Shown piece by piece: positions 17,116 to 26,244 of a stretch of 64,000 bases of DNA (position 1 is the first letter of the stretch; each line of letters opens with the position of its first letter). Source of the DNA: a virus (lineage: Duplodnaviria > Caudoviricetes); the IMG/VR virus record IMGVR_UViG_3300003375_000001, positions 128,001-192,000 of that record. One strand, written 5' to 3'. The position numbers were made by a program, and so were the translations under genes. The notes beneath the pieces were generated by a model. The model had not been told where the DNA came from. It saw only the letters and a program-made list of their open reading frames with translations, and searched no databases.

Positions 17116-17764
17116 TAAGTTCAACACTATTAGCCTCGTCATGCGTTCATCCAAGGCTTTCGATTGGATGTCAGTCAACGAGTTTCTTAACTTCAAGGAA
17201 TACACCGTTGACAAAAGCTACCGTGTTGAGATACCAAGAAGCTACCAAGCTGTTCGTCTAGATCCTGCGTACCTTTACTTTGTGGTATATGGGTACCTGG
17301 AAATCATGTGCTACGGGCCTGATGGCTCAGGCGACGACACGGTGCAATACACAGTGCAAAACGGAGACCTGTTGTTTCTAGACTCAGTGTTGAATGACAA
17401 GCAAGGGCTAACCGACACAACGTTTTTGCGATGCAAGAATAAGTCGGCTACTCTAATAAAGATACCGAAGTCGGTTTATAGGGCAGCCATGTTTGACAGT
17501 ACAGGAAGCCGGGACTACTCTCTAAACATGATTCTTGACATGGTAAAAGAGCGGGCAGAGTTTCCTGCACGCCTTCTTACCCTCCCCGTTAGAGACCGCG
17601 TAATACTTGTATTGGCCAAGGAACTAGGTTCAAGACCTTTTCATTCTGCACGCAGGGTCAGTGGGCAAATACTGGCTAACAAAATAGGTGCTTCCCGAGA
17701 AATGGTATCTCGCGTACTAACGGCCATGCGCATAAACAAAGAACTTATCGAAGGAAAACTATGA
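17099..17764 (+). CDS. Crp/Fnr family transcriptional regulator
   Basis: cNMP-fold segment LYFVVYGYLEI...GDLL and C-terminal HTH LANKIGASREMVSRVL. Confidence 0.8.
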   Translation: MANDPSKFNTISLVMRSSKAFDWMSVNEFLNFKEYTVDKSYRVEIPRSYQAVRLDPAYLYFVVYGYLEIMCYGPDGSGDDTVQYTVQNGDLLFLDSVLNDKQGLTDTTFLRCKNKSATLIKIPKSVYRAAMFDSTGSRDYSLNMILDMVKERAEFPARLLTLPVRDRVILVLAKELGSRPFHSARRVSGQILANKIGASREMVSRVLTAMRINKELIEGKL

Positions 17765-18477
17765 GCATCCTTGGCGCCCTTAGTCTCAGTACCAAGCTGT
17801 CTGAATTCGAAGACTTTGACGATAGTCCTCCAGATAATGCTAACAGAGACATACCTAACGAACACTGGACTAACGCGCCAGAAGAGTTGGAGTTTGTTTC
17901 CACCTGGGTGCTGGAGAATACGTTTGTTAGAACGGTAACGGTTAAGTATGAGCAAGGTCTGCTTCATAAGTCTGCGTTGTTACTGCTGGCAGATCCTCTA
18001 AGTGAAGCAGGTGCTAGCGTAGAGGAGATAGATCACTTGCGTGGACCTGTTGAGGGCTTCTTATCCGGTAACAATCTTATTGCATCCGCAGACATATCTG
18101 GTAGCAAGGTAACCGTTATAGCTCAGTTTGAGTCTTCAGCGTTAGGTCTTAAGCTAGCAAAGCTTCTTGGATATGCTTTGTCTATAGGAAACACTAGCCT
18201 TAATGCCGTAAACGAAAAGTCTCTTCAAGAACTGGTAGAGGCTTTCAAAGCAGAAGTACCTGAAGACTACATACAAGAAACGGCCATGGCCCGCCGGCTT
18301 GAACACTTCCTTGAGGCCAATTCTGTAGCACCTGCGTTGCGCGTTGCCTTGCGAAGAGAGGTAAATTCTGACTTTGAACTAGGTGGCAAAATGCTTGAGA
18401 ATAGGCATGACCTTCAGTTACAAAACGCCGTAGCAGCAAAGAGGCTTGGTCATGACCCCAGTAATCCTTCTACCTAG
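17761..18477 (+). CDS. hypothetical protein
   Basis: 238 aa, ATGA coupled. Confidence 0.7.
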   Translation: MSILGALSLSTKLSEFEDFDDSPPDNANRDIPNEHWTNAPEELEFVSTWVLENTFVRTVTVKYEQGLLHKSALLLLADPLSEAGASVEEIDHLRGPVEGFLSGNNLIASADISGSKVTVIAQFESSALGLKLAKLLGYALSIGNTSLNAVNEKSLQELVEAFKAEVPEDYIQETAMARRLEHFLEANSVAPALRVALRREVNSDFELGGKMLENRHDLQLQNAVAAKRLGHDPSNPST

Positions 18478-18817
18478 TGTGCCAGACAAGAGTCTATGCT
18501 TGCCCTTTGAGCCTAAGCTAACTCTAGAGTCTTTTATAGCCTTGTCCCGATGTCTTGGTCTACCGTGCACCCACTTTTTCTGTGGACCTTACGGACTTGA
18601 CATACTGACAAAAGCTATAATAAAGGACAAGCTCCTGTACGAGGCAATACTTACTACTCCTGATTCTGAGTTTCACACTATCTCTATAAATGGAATAGCA
18701 ATCGTAGAGCCTAAGCCTGAGTATCCTTACGGTAAGTCCATTGCGTTTGCATGCGTTAAAGGCAAAGACGTATACCCACTATCCGTCCTTCAAGTAAATT
18801 GGAACCCAACAAAATGA
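18446..18817 (+). CDS. hypothetical protein
   Basis: 123 aa, start uncertain. Confidence 0.5.
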   Translation: MVMTPVILLPSVPDKSLCLPFEPKLTLESFIALSRCLGLPCTHFFCGPYGLDILTKAIIKDKLLYEAILTTPDSEFHTISINGIAIVEPKPEYPYGKSIAFACVKGKDVYPLSVLQVNWNPTK

Positions 18818-19334
18818 CTGACATAACCACCTTCGATCCTAATGCCCTAAAAAGAGGGTTGAAGAACACATCATCAATAACTTCGGGATGATGATCCCAC
18901 CTGGGGAGTTTGAAAAGATGATCAACAGGGAGATATCCGCTTTCTTTAATGAAGAGAAGGAGTGGAATCTTTCTGAGGACAGGGGCGGCTACAACTGTAC
19001 CAAATATACTATAAGTGCAAGGGTATCACCTTTCCGACAACTTGTATGGAACCAAGTTAGAGGCCTTGTTAACGAAAGACTTGTCCATCACTTCGACACT
19101 GAGGGGAACGCTAGACTGAAGGCTCAAGTGGACGAGTGGCTTAACCTTAAAGAAGTTAAGCAAGATGAATTGCTTACAGCTCAAGGCATGATGCTGGCCA
19201 TGGCTGCCGAAATGTTTGCTTCAGCCTTTGCTGCGCATGGAGACAAGGTCAAATTCGGGTTAGCCAATTCACTCAGAGAAAGAGGCATGCCAGATATAGG
19301 CTACGCCATAGTTAATGCCAACATTAGGATCTAG
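18814..19334 (+). CDS. hypothetical protein with apparent -1 frameshift in the A5 run at 18849-18853
   Basis: ATGA-coupled start MTDITTFDPNAL continues as KKRVEEHIINNFGMMIPP only if one extra A is read. Confidence 0.55.
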
Positions 19335-19336
19335 TC

Positions 19337-19735
19337 TTGATTCCTGTTAAACAGACAATAGAGGGACGCGAAGGTAACTGCTTTTCAGCTACACTCGCGT
19401 CCCTCTTGCATTTGCCTATAGAAACTATACCTACGTTCAACGAGTCTACGTGGCAAGCTGACGTTAATGAATTTCTTAGGCCGTTTGGTTTAGCTTTCAT
19501 ACTGCTTGTATATAACGAGGAGATGTTTAAGGTTCATGACCTGCGTGGCCTATATCATGAGGTAGGTGTTGAATCCGGAGTAGAAAACTTAGGGCACTCA
19601 TGTGTGGGCTTAGACGGTGAAGTAGTATTCGATCCGGCGAAGCTAACCCGAGCTTCTTACAACGTGGACACAGTTGGTGTGTTCGTTCTACTAAAACCTT
19701 GGAAATTCCTGGAGAAGAAAAATGGAACCAGATGA
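19337..19735 (+). CDS. phage protein with possible Cys/His dyad (GNCFSATLAS...HSCV)
   Basis: 132 aa, TTG start. Confidence 0.6.
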   Translation: MIPVKQTIEGREGNCFSATLASLLHLPIETIPTFNESTWQADVNEFLRPFGLAFILLVYNEEMFKVHDLRGLYHEVGVESGVENLGHSCVGLDGEVVFDPAKLTRASYNVDTVGVFVLLKPWKFLEKKNGTR

Positions 19736-20117
19736 AGTTATACACGCTCCTGTCTCTAAAGCCTTGGCGTTTGTTAACGCCGCGTGTGCAGGTGAAGTAG
19801 ACTCTAGGCCTAAAGCTTACGCCGCTATGCGATGGGTAGAGGCTAAGCTAGCACAAGGTAAACTTGAAGACGTTATAGAGTTTGTTAGAGGCCTGGATGC
19901 CAGTACTGCGCATCCCGGCGTTATCGGCAGTGTGTTTCGTATAACCAAGAGAGTATATGAACGAGAGAAGGCGATGTTCTCTGACTGGCCAGACCTCCAC
20001 AACGGGGCTCGTAATAGTTACATGGCCAGTGAGAACTCTGTTTTCGCTTCTATTGCTAACGCTCTTTTCTTCCACAACGTAAAGGGATCTACCGATGCTG
20101 ATTCAAAACCTGCCTAA
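19722..20117 (+). CDS. hypothetical protein
   Basis: 131 aa, GGAG RBS. Confidence 0.65.
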   Translation: MEPDEVIHAPVSKALAFVNAACAGEVDSRPKAYAAMRWVEAKLAQGKLEDVIEFVRGLDASTAHPGVIGSVFRITKRVYEREKAMFSDWPDLHNGARNSYMASENSVFASIANALFFHNVKGSTDADSKPA

Positions 20118-20958
20118 CCCTCTGTCTACATGGAGGCACCATAACGGAAACGAGTACCTAGTACTATTTCTAACAAACCTAATGTCTAATGACCACTTGC
20201 GTTATCCCATTGAGGTAATTTACGCAAGTGTTAATTCACCTGGGGTATGGTCTAGAAAGGCCGATGACTGGCACCGGTCCATGACGCTCATTGAAGACTA
20301 TAAGCCTACTATTGAATCAGGTAAAGAACCCCTCGCCTCTGATCTGCTGGCCCACTTAAGTTACCTATGCTTCACACTACGCGAAGTTTCTGACAAAGGT
20401 TTTGTTCATCAAGTCCTTGACACGATATTCGGCAAAATAGCTAGCCTTGAAGCCTTGGTCGATAACACCTCAGGCGTCCTTAATAGTCTGTATCGCCATT
20501 CTGACTATACGGTCACCAAAGCGCACGACATGGCAAAAGCTAATCCTACTCGTGCGACTATGGGCCACTATGACGAAAATGCGTTTAGTCACGTTATAGG
20601 ATGGGTCAAAGAGCTTAAAAAGGAATTGCCTGCTCGTACTTTAGTAACGACCAGAGAAGACAAAGCCGAATACACGGAGTCCAACGTTCCTGAGTCAATG
20701 AAGCTGCCGATGTGCCCGGTGTGTGGTAGCCGTACCAAGATGTACGACTACGTGCGCCCTACTGACGGTGTAGCGAAAGTGGTAATGTGTGATAACGGAG
20801 ACCTGTTAGGCGATGAGTCTCACGACATAACGTGCCCCTTATACTTTCCTCCATACGAACTCTACGCGGCGACACAACGAGAGGCTTTGACAAACTTTAT
20901 TAACTACGCGGACATCATATTAGAAACAAGGAAAAGGAATCATGATAGACCTGCCTGA
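20095..20958 (+). CDS. multi-module protein: DUF1653-like N-terminus and CxxC zinc-ribbon C-terminus
   Basis: WRHHNGNEYLV...VIY...WSR and CPVCGS...C...C. Confidence 0.55.
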   Translation: MLIQNLPNPLSTWRHHNGNEYLVLFLTNLMSNDHLRYPIEVIYASVNSPGVWSRKADDWHRSMTLIEDYKPTIESGKEPLASDLLAHLSYLCFTLREVSDKGFVHQVLDTIFGKIASLEALVDNTSGVLNSLYRHSDYTVTKAHDMAKANPTRATMGHYDENAFSHVIGWVKELKKELPARTLVTTREDKAEYTESNVPESMKLPMCPVCGSRTKMYDYVRPTDGVAKVVMCDNGDLLGDESHDITCPLYFPPYELYAATQREALTNFINYADIILETRKRNHDRPA

Positions 20959-21568
20959 GGTAAAGATGATTGGGTATTTCTCAGACTGTGTTAGGCCTAT
21001 ATACAAGGGTAAAAACCTTGCTTATCACAACTGGGATCATGTGACCAAAGTTATGCGTAACGCCAGTTATCTTTATGACTACGGGTCTTCCACAGAGCTG
21101 GAACTTATACTAGCCATTTTATACCATGACGTTATATATGTCCCAGGTGCTTATACCGACTACAACGAGACCATGTCGGCAGGCCTGTTCAAAAGGGACT
21201 ATGATAGCTGGGTTACTTGTTTAGACAACGGGGTAGCTGTTAATTCAGAGTACGTGCAAGAGTTGATAAAAGCTACTGTTGTAGGTAACCACATTAGTGT
21301 TGATCACTCTCCGAAGTCTGTATGGGAAGCCATAATTCTAGACGCAGACCTTTCGTCGCTTGCCGATCCTTATCCTGATTTTGTTGTTCATCAGGAAAAC
21401 ATAGCAAAGGAACATGACTACGTACCCTACGAAACGGCTATTGAAAAAGGAAAGAGCTTTCTTACCAAGTTTCTTGATCCTCAACGAAAGTCAATATATC
21501 ACACGCCTGCCGCATTAGAGCTTTGGGAAGACAAGGCTCGAATCAACATCCAACTTTATACAAGGTAA
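20942..21568 (+). CDS. HD-domain phosphohydrolase
   Basis: YHNWDHV, AILYHDVIY and ILDADLSSL. Confidence 0.85.
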   Translation: MIDLPEVKMIGYFSDCVRPIYKGKNLAYHNWDHVTKVMRNASYLYDYGSSTELELILAILYHDVIYVPGAYTDYNETMSAGLFKRDYDSWVTCLDNGVAVNSEYVQELIKATVVGNHISVDHSPKSVWEAIILDADLSSLADPYPDFVVHQENIAKEHDYVPYETAIEKGKSFLTKFLDPQRKSIYHTPAALELWEDKARINIQLYTR

Positions 21569-21575
21569 AATCATT

Positions 21576-21782
21576 ATGAAAACAGTCAACCCTTTTGGCA
21601 ACTTTTTCGCTAACGGCGTCACCTCTTACACGCCCTCCTGGCACGATAAGAAAGTTCACGCCGCCAAGGTTACGGTATCCAAGGAGATCGCAGCTTGGAA
21701 CTACGCCGTGGATGAAAAGCGAAAGGCGAAGCAGGCTCGCAAGCTGCCGCGCTTCGGTAATCCGCAGCGGTCTAACCCTTGA
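21576..21782 (+). CDS. small basic protein, GC-rich codons
   Basis: 68 aa, Lys/Arg-rich tail. Confidence 0.6.
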   Translation: MKTVNPFGNFFANGVTSYTPSWHDKKVHAAKVTVSKEIAAWNYAVDEKRKAKQARKLPRFGNPQRSNP

Positions 21783-22176
21783 TCAGGCACAGAGGCTTGC
21801 ACTGGCAACCCTTACGCATGCTTTTCAGGATGCGCTTGTCAAGGGTTGTGTAGAAGATAGAAACTACGTTGGACTAGCCAAGCTTCTTTCTCAACGAATA
21901 GCCTCAGAGTTTGAAGTTGATATAGTAAACGAAATGGAACACATGGAGTTTACTCAAGACAAGGCCGCACGAGTTAGAGACCAGCTTGCTAACGTGATAG
22001 TTGCTTGGGAATACCGTAAGTATGAGCGTGCGTCAGATACCGTGACCTTTCATTTTACACGTAACGAGTCTGAGGCTAAGGCTAGCGATCAGTATGCTAT
22101 GGCTCTTACTTATCTGGACAGGTCAGTGTTCGAACCCACCAGAAACAACCCTTCCTTAATCGTTAGAATGCGATAA
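21595..22176 (+). CDS. hypothetical protein (start unresolved)
   Basis: Open frame overlaps the previous gene; no in-frame ATG/GTG/TTG between 21782 and about 21930. Confidence 0.45.
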   Translation: MATFSLTASPLTRPPGTIRKFTPPRLRYPRRSQLGTTPWMKSERRSRLASCRASVIRSGLTLDQAQRLALATLTHAFQDALVKGCVEDRNYVGLAKLLSQRIASEFEVDIVNEMEHMEFTQDKAARVRDQLANVIVAWEYRKYERASDTVTFHFTRNESEAKASDQYAMALTYLDRSVFEPTRNNPSLIVRMR

Positions 22177-22178
22177 CA

Positions 22179-23474
22179 ATGATTGACTTAACCTCCATAA
22201 AAACTTTGGGCATAGGTGGTGTTGCTGTAGCTGTTGCCACTGGCTGGACAACAGTCAAGGCCTGGCTTAACAACCTATCAGCTTACCTCATCATTCACCT
22301 TGAAGCAGACAACCTGACGGCACAACCTATCAAAAAGCTACTTAGAACTGAGTGGAGCACTGTTCCGTCTGGCATACACAAGGTATTCTCTACACAGCTT
22401 AAGCATAGGGACGGTAAGACACGACTTACGCCTTTCCGCATTCTAGGGTTGACTTCTATATTCTACTCTTGGAAACGCAAGGCCGTAGTCGTAGTAACGT
22501 TTTCGCAGTACGGGCCCTACGGATCTGTTAGCATGTGGACTCTACGCGGCATGCTAAAGTACTCGGACTTCATTCGAGAAGCTATCACCAAGCATGCTAG
22601 TGAGAACATAATCGAGGATCGTTTTAGGATAAGTGAGATTAGAGGGCACGCGGGTTCCTTTCTCTTTAGTAAGAACCGCAATGGTGATCATAATAAAGAC
22701 TCTGTTCAGCCTGAAGGCGCCACTACGCTGTCCGATAGCACCATAAATGAGATAGACGTATACTTGGATGAGTCTCTACTGTTCAACAGGTCAGACTTCT
22801 TATTGGATAAGACGGATGACCCACTAAAAGCTCTGTTCTACCCTGAGACGGTTCTTACCAATCTTAACGATGCAACAAAGTGGTATGCGTCTAAAGACTG
22901 GTACGCTAGACACTCTATCCCCTGGCGTAGAGGTTGGTTGTTGTATGGACCTGGAGGTACTGGTAAAAGCAGTCTTGCTGTAGCCACAGCAAAGACACTA
23001 CGCATACCTCTTATAAGCTTTGCTCTCGCAACCTTTACAGACGAGGAGTTCATTGACAGGTGGCGTACACTACCTACTCCGTGCGTCGTTTTGTTTGAAG
23101 ACATTGACACCGTGTTTGAAGGCCGTGTCAGTATGACCGAGCATAAGTCACTAACATTTGAGTGCATACTAAATCAGCTAAGTGGAGTCAACACCCAGCC
23201 AGGTGTGTTTCTCATTGTTACCACAAACCGAATCGAAACTATAGACCCCGCGCTAGGTGCTATGGATGAGAATGGGTTGTCTTCACGCCCAGGTCGTATA
23301 GACCGACTCATATACGTTGGAGTAGCTGACGAGGACTGTCGCATGAAGTATATAAAGTATGTACTAGCCGACTGGCCTGACACTTGGGAAGAGGTTCTCA
23401 AGCAGACGGAAGGTATGACAATGGTGAAGGTTCAAGAGACCTGCGTTCAAATTGCGTATGCGAGGCTGCAATAA
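22179..23474 (+). CDS. BCS1-like AAA+ ATPase with N-terminal membrane anchor
   Basis: WRRGWLLYGPGGTGKSS Walker A, VVLFEDID Walker B, VTTN sensor 1, and RPGRIDR arginine finger. Confidence 0.88.
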   Translation: MIDLTSIKTLGIGGVAVAVATGWTTVKAWLNNLSAYLIIHLEADNLTAQPIKKLLRTEWSTVPSGIHKVFSTQLKHRDGKTRLTPFRILGLTSIFYSWKRKAVVVVTFSQYGPYGSVSMWTLRGMLKYSDFIREAITKHASENIIEDRFRISEIRGHAGSFLFSKNRNGDHNKDSVQPEGATTLSDSTINEIDVYLDESLLFNRSDFLLDKTDDPLKALFYPETVLTNLNDATKWYASKDWYARHSIPWRRGWLLYGPGGTGKSSLAVATAKTLRIPLISFALATFTDEEFIDRWRTLPTPCVVLFEDIDTVFEGRVSMTEHKSLTFECILNQLSGVNTQPGVFLIVTTNRIETIDPALGAMDENGLSSRPGRIDRLIYVGVADEDCRMKYIKYVLADWPDTWEEVLKQTEGMTMVKVQETCVQIAYARLQ

Positions 23475-23534
23475 TAACCAAGTAGTAGACTTTTCCATAG
23501 TTGCCAATGACAAATCCTTAACTGAGATCCCCTT

Positions 23535-23861
23535 ATGCTGTTATCCAAAAATGAATCCCTTATAGCCGAAGTAGAAAAGGCCTGGAAGTATACGGAAGAC
23601 TACGGACAGTCCTATACACAGTGCATGTCTAGACAAGAAAAGGCCATTCATGTCTTACAGGTAGTGGACACGCACTTGGCTAACGGTAAGGTAACAGAGC
23701 TTACGCCGTGCCTCCAGTGTAAGGAAGCAAACGACCTTATATCTGAATTCGTCGAGGCTCTTCTAGCCAACAACGTTGAGCAAGGCAAGGAAGTGGTTAA
23801 GAAAATTACCACGTATGCTTTTGATAAGAGACTTGTGCTTCCATTATCCGAAAGACAATAA
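23535..23861 (+). CDS. hypothetical protein
   Basis: 108 aa. Confidence 0.6.
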   Translation: MLLSKNESLIAEVEKAWKYTEDYGQSYTQCMSRQEKAIHVLQVVDTHLANGKVTELTPCLQCKEANDLISEFVEALLANNVEQGKEVVKKITTYAFDKRLVLPLSERQ

Positions 23862-24143
23862 ATGACTTCTAGCTTAAGTACCCCAACGTCTGGCCTAGAA
23901 GCCGAGTTATTCTCGGCCATTAGAGAGCTTGGCTATACAACGTCAGCTCAGACACACACCGTGGTTGATGCAGTCCTGGCTAAGCTCCAGTATATGATGG
24001 CTGAAGCACCTCACGTGGGTGAGATTGTTAGGTCTTTTTCAGACCCCTCAGGAATTGACGTAAAACTTACAGGTAGCTTGACATCAGATATCCCCGGAAT
24101 AGTTGGAAGCAAGCTATACCTGAAACTAGATATACGGAGTTGA
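23862..24143 (+). CDS. hypothetical protein
   Basis: 93 aa, abutting. Confidence 0.6.
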   Translation: MTSSLSTPTSGLEAELFSAIRELGYTTSAQTHTVVDAVLAKLQYMMAEAPHVGEIVRSFSDPSGIDVKLTGSLTSDIPGIVGSKLYLKLDIRS

Positions 24144-24144
24144 C

Positions 24145-24399
24145 GTGGTCTCTAAGAACACCAAGTATAAACCTAAGCTTACCCGGCCGCACTTGTATGA
24201 CAAAAAGCGTGGCATAGGTCGTGAAGTTTGGGTGGCTTTGGTACGTATTAGGTATCCAAACGCCATCATCCGACAGGACAAGGACAATAAGGAAGACTAC
24301 GTGGCGGAGTTATACTCAGGAGAAAACGTAGGCACATACACAGACTTCAAAGGCGGTAGTGTTAAACCTGTTAAACCTGTTAAAGCGAGTCAATCATGA
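24145..24399 (+). CDS. hypothetical protein
   Basis: 84 aa, GTG start after GGAG. Confidence 0.55.
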   Translation: MVSKNTKYKPKLTRPHLYDKKRGIGREVWVALVRIRYPNAIIRQDKDNKEDYVAELYSGENVGTYTDFKGGSVKPVKPVKASQS

Positions 24400-24695
24400 A
24401 AGACCCCAACTCTAAGTATAACGCTCAGGTTATAGAAAGAGCCTTTGCTATTATCAACGTCCTGAAAGACGGTAGAGAAATTGCTCTTAAAGACCTCGCA
24501 GTCCTAGCCAACATCAATCCTAGTACAACCCATAGAATACTAGCTGACCTAGTCACCTCAGGTATGGTTATGACTAAAGGAAAGTGGATTGGCGTCTACT
24601 CAATAAACCCATATTACTTTACTTCGTTTATAAAACACCCAGAAGCACCAGCTAACGTAGGACAGGAGTCTGTATGCAAACCAACGGAAGACTGA
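24396..24695 (+). CDS. stand-alone IclR-type HTH protein
   Basis: VIERAFAIINVL...LKDLAVLANINPSTTHRILADLVTSGMV; no effector domain. Confidence 0.8.
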   Translation: MKDPNSKYNAQVIERAFAIINVLKDGREIALKDLAVLANINPSTTHRILADLVTSGMVMTKGKWIGVYSINPYYFTSFIKHPEAPANVGQESVCKPTED

Positions 24696-24961
24696 CTTCG
24701 TTTACCAAATCAGACTTTCCAGTAAGCACACTCGCTCGCCTTACCTACAGCCCCGCGCTCAATAGTCCTAACCTTGGAGCCATAGTAGCTATATTAGGCT
24801 ATGACTCTCGACCTACTAACCTGATCCAGATAGTTAAGGCTGATAGTACGTGTTTAATAGGCTTAGAAAACGTTCCAGGTGGAATAGCCTATGCTAGGCC
24901 TGAATGGCTGGAACCCGTTACTACTGAGGAGTATCATGAAAGTCGTAAAAAGCACCCCTAG
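24674..24961 (+). CDS. hypothetical protein
   Basis: 95 aa, AGGAG RBS. Confidence 0.6.
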   Translation: MQTNGRLTSFTKSDFPVSTLARLTYSPALNSPNLGAIVAILGYDSRPTNLIQIVKADSTCLIGLENVPGGIAYARPEWLEPVTTEEYHESRKKHP

Positions 24962-25139
24962 GCCTGATGGTAAGGTTAGAGTTACCATCGACCTAGATCC
25001 TGAGGAAGAGGTAACGGTAATTAAAGAGGATAGGCACTATAAGTTACCTTATCCTTTAGACGACGTAGTTCTTGACGGTCGTCACCTAAAAGAGGCTACT
25101 CCTGTGCACTGGTGTGTCCTCGAACAGAAATGGATTTGA
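24936..25139 (+). CDS. hypothetical protein
   Basis: ATG 24936 after GAGGAG. Confidence 0.6.
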   Translation: MKVVKSTPRPDGKVRVTIDLDPEEEVTVIKEDRHYKLPYPLDDVVLDGRHLKEATPVHWCVLEQKWI

Positions 25140-25140
25140 T

Positions 25141-25413
25141 ATGTTCCTATCAAACAAGCCTGACGCGTTAACCGACGTCGTGTACGGGGTAAAAGTTTAC
25201 GTGTCTGAAGACCTACCTAAAAAGACGCTCTCCGAAGAGGTTATACCTGGGGTTGTGCCTTGGCCGCCTGGCTTCAAGGAAGAGATAGATGCCTGGATGA
25301 TAAGTTTCTTTGGCACGTATAACAACGTTAAAGACGGCGAGATAATAAAAACGGTATATGGACTTCATATGAATCCCCGCACGCGAGAGAAAGTTAGGGA
25401 AGCTATAAGATAG
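25141..25413 (+). CDS. hypothetical protein
   Basis: Start set to ATG 25141. Confidence 0.6.
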   Translation: MFLSNKPDALTDVVYGVKVYVSEDLPKKTLSEEVIPGVVPWPPGFKEEIDAWMISFFGTYNNVKDGEIIKTVYGLHMNPRTREKVREAIR

Positions 25414-25424
25414 CAGCAAAAGTC

Positions 25425-26048
25425 ATGAGGGGCTACTTTTTATTCTTAGGTGGACCGGCTGACGGTGATTGGATCAGTGCAGACGACAACAGGGAACACT
25501 GGCGGGTTACTGATGTAGGTGACAAGCCTTCTATGTCCTACACGACAGTAATATATACTAGAACGCACCTCGCAGAAAAGAAAGACGACTGCTTTGACCC
25601 GCGATTCTTTACCGTCTACCTGACGGGCTATACAGAAAAGCCTGACCCTATAAGCCGTCTGTTAAACGGATACCAGGGCGTAGGTAGGTTACACACTATT
25701 AAAGGCGAGTGTTTGTTTATAGGCGGCGAGCACGCGGACGAGTGGATCTCCGTTGACCTTGACAGCCCCTACATTCAGATAAACTACCTTGACAGCCCTC
25801 TCATAAGATACGGCTATGTCCAGTTCTGTACTTTACCTGACACTAAACCTACTCGGACTGTAAGTGTACCTAATGGAGATACTGTATACGCCGTTCCTGA
25901 ACCCGAATTTGTGTTCCCTAGCCGTGTGTATAAGCGACTCGTCATGAAAGAGAATGACAAGACTTTTACCGTGTACGTGTGCGTGAAAGAATTCCCTACC
26001 ACGTTCGTCACCGACGTACTAATAACTGGATACAGAAAGGTTAAATAA
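25425..26048 (+). CDS. hypothetical protein with internal duplication
   Basis: LFLGGPADGDWIS and LFIGGEHADEWIS open two similar halves, each ending in VY...GY. Confidence 0.7.
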   Translation: MRGYFLFLGGPADGDWISADDNREHWRVTDVGDKPSMSYTTVIYTRTHLAEKKDDCFDPRFFTVYLTGYTEKPDPISRLLNGYQGVGRLHTIKGECLFIGGEHADEWISVDLDSPYIQINYLDSPLIRYGYVQFCTLPDTKPTRTVSVPNGDTVYAVPEPEFVFPSRVYKRLVMKENDKTFTVYVCVKEFPTTFVTDVLITGYRKVK

Positions 26049-26179
26049 TGCACTACTTTTGGTTTTGGTTCTTTAGGCCCATAGGTACATTCCTTGGCGA
26101 CCTGTTCCTAGTTCTTTTGCTAGCCGCAATCTTTGTAGCTTGGATCTTGTGGAGAACTCGCAAGTACTCCCGTAAATGA
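26048..26179 (+). CDS. small membrane protein (43 aa, not in ORF track)
   Basis: MHYFWFWFFRPIGTFLGDLFLVLLLAAIFVAWILWRTRKYSRK; TAATG overlap. Confidence 0.55.
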   Translation: MHYFWFWFFRPIGTFLGDLFLVLLLAAIFVAWILWRTRKYSRK

Positions 26180-26203
26180 TGCAGTCACGTTTGACCACTA
26201 AAC

Positions 26204-26244
26204 AAAAAGGCCCGCTAACTCATCTGTAGTTAGCGGGCCTTTTT
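26204..26244. terminator. bidirectional Rho-independent terminator at the convergence point
   Basis: AAAAAGGCCCGCTAACT-CATCTGT-AGTTAGCGGGCCTTTTT perfect stem. Confidence 0.92.

Noticed and set aside
24358-24386. TGTTAAACC tandem repeat as a CTGTTAAT-type site
   Set aside because: It differs at the last base, encodes VKPVKPVK, and lies closer to the next start than the other sites.
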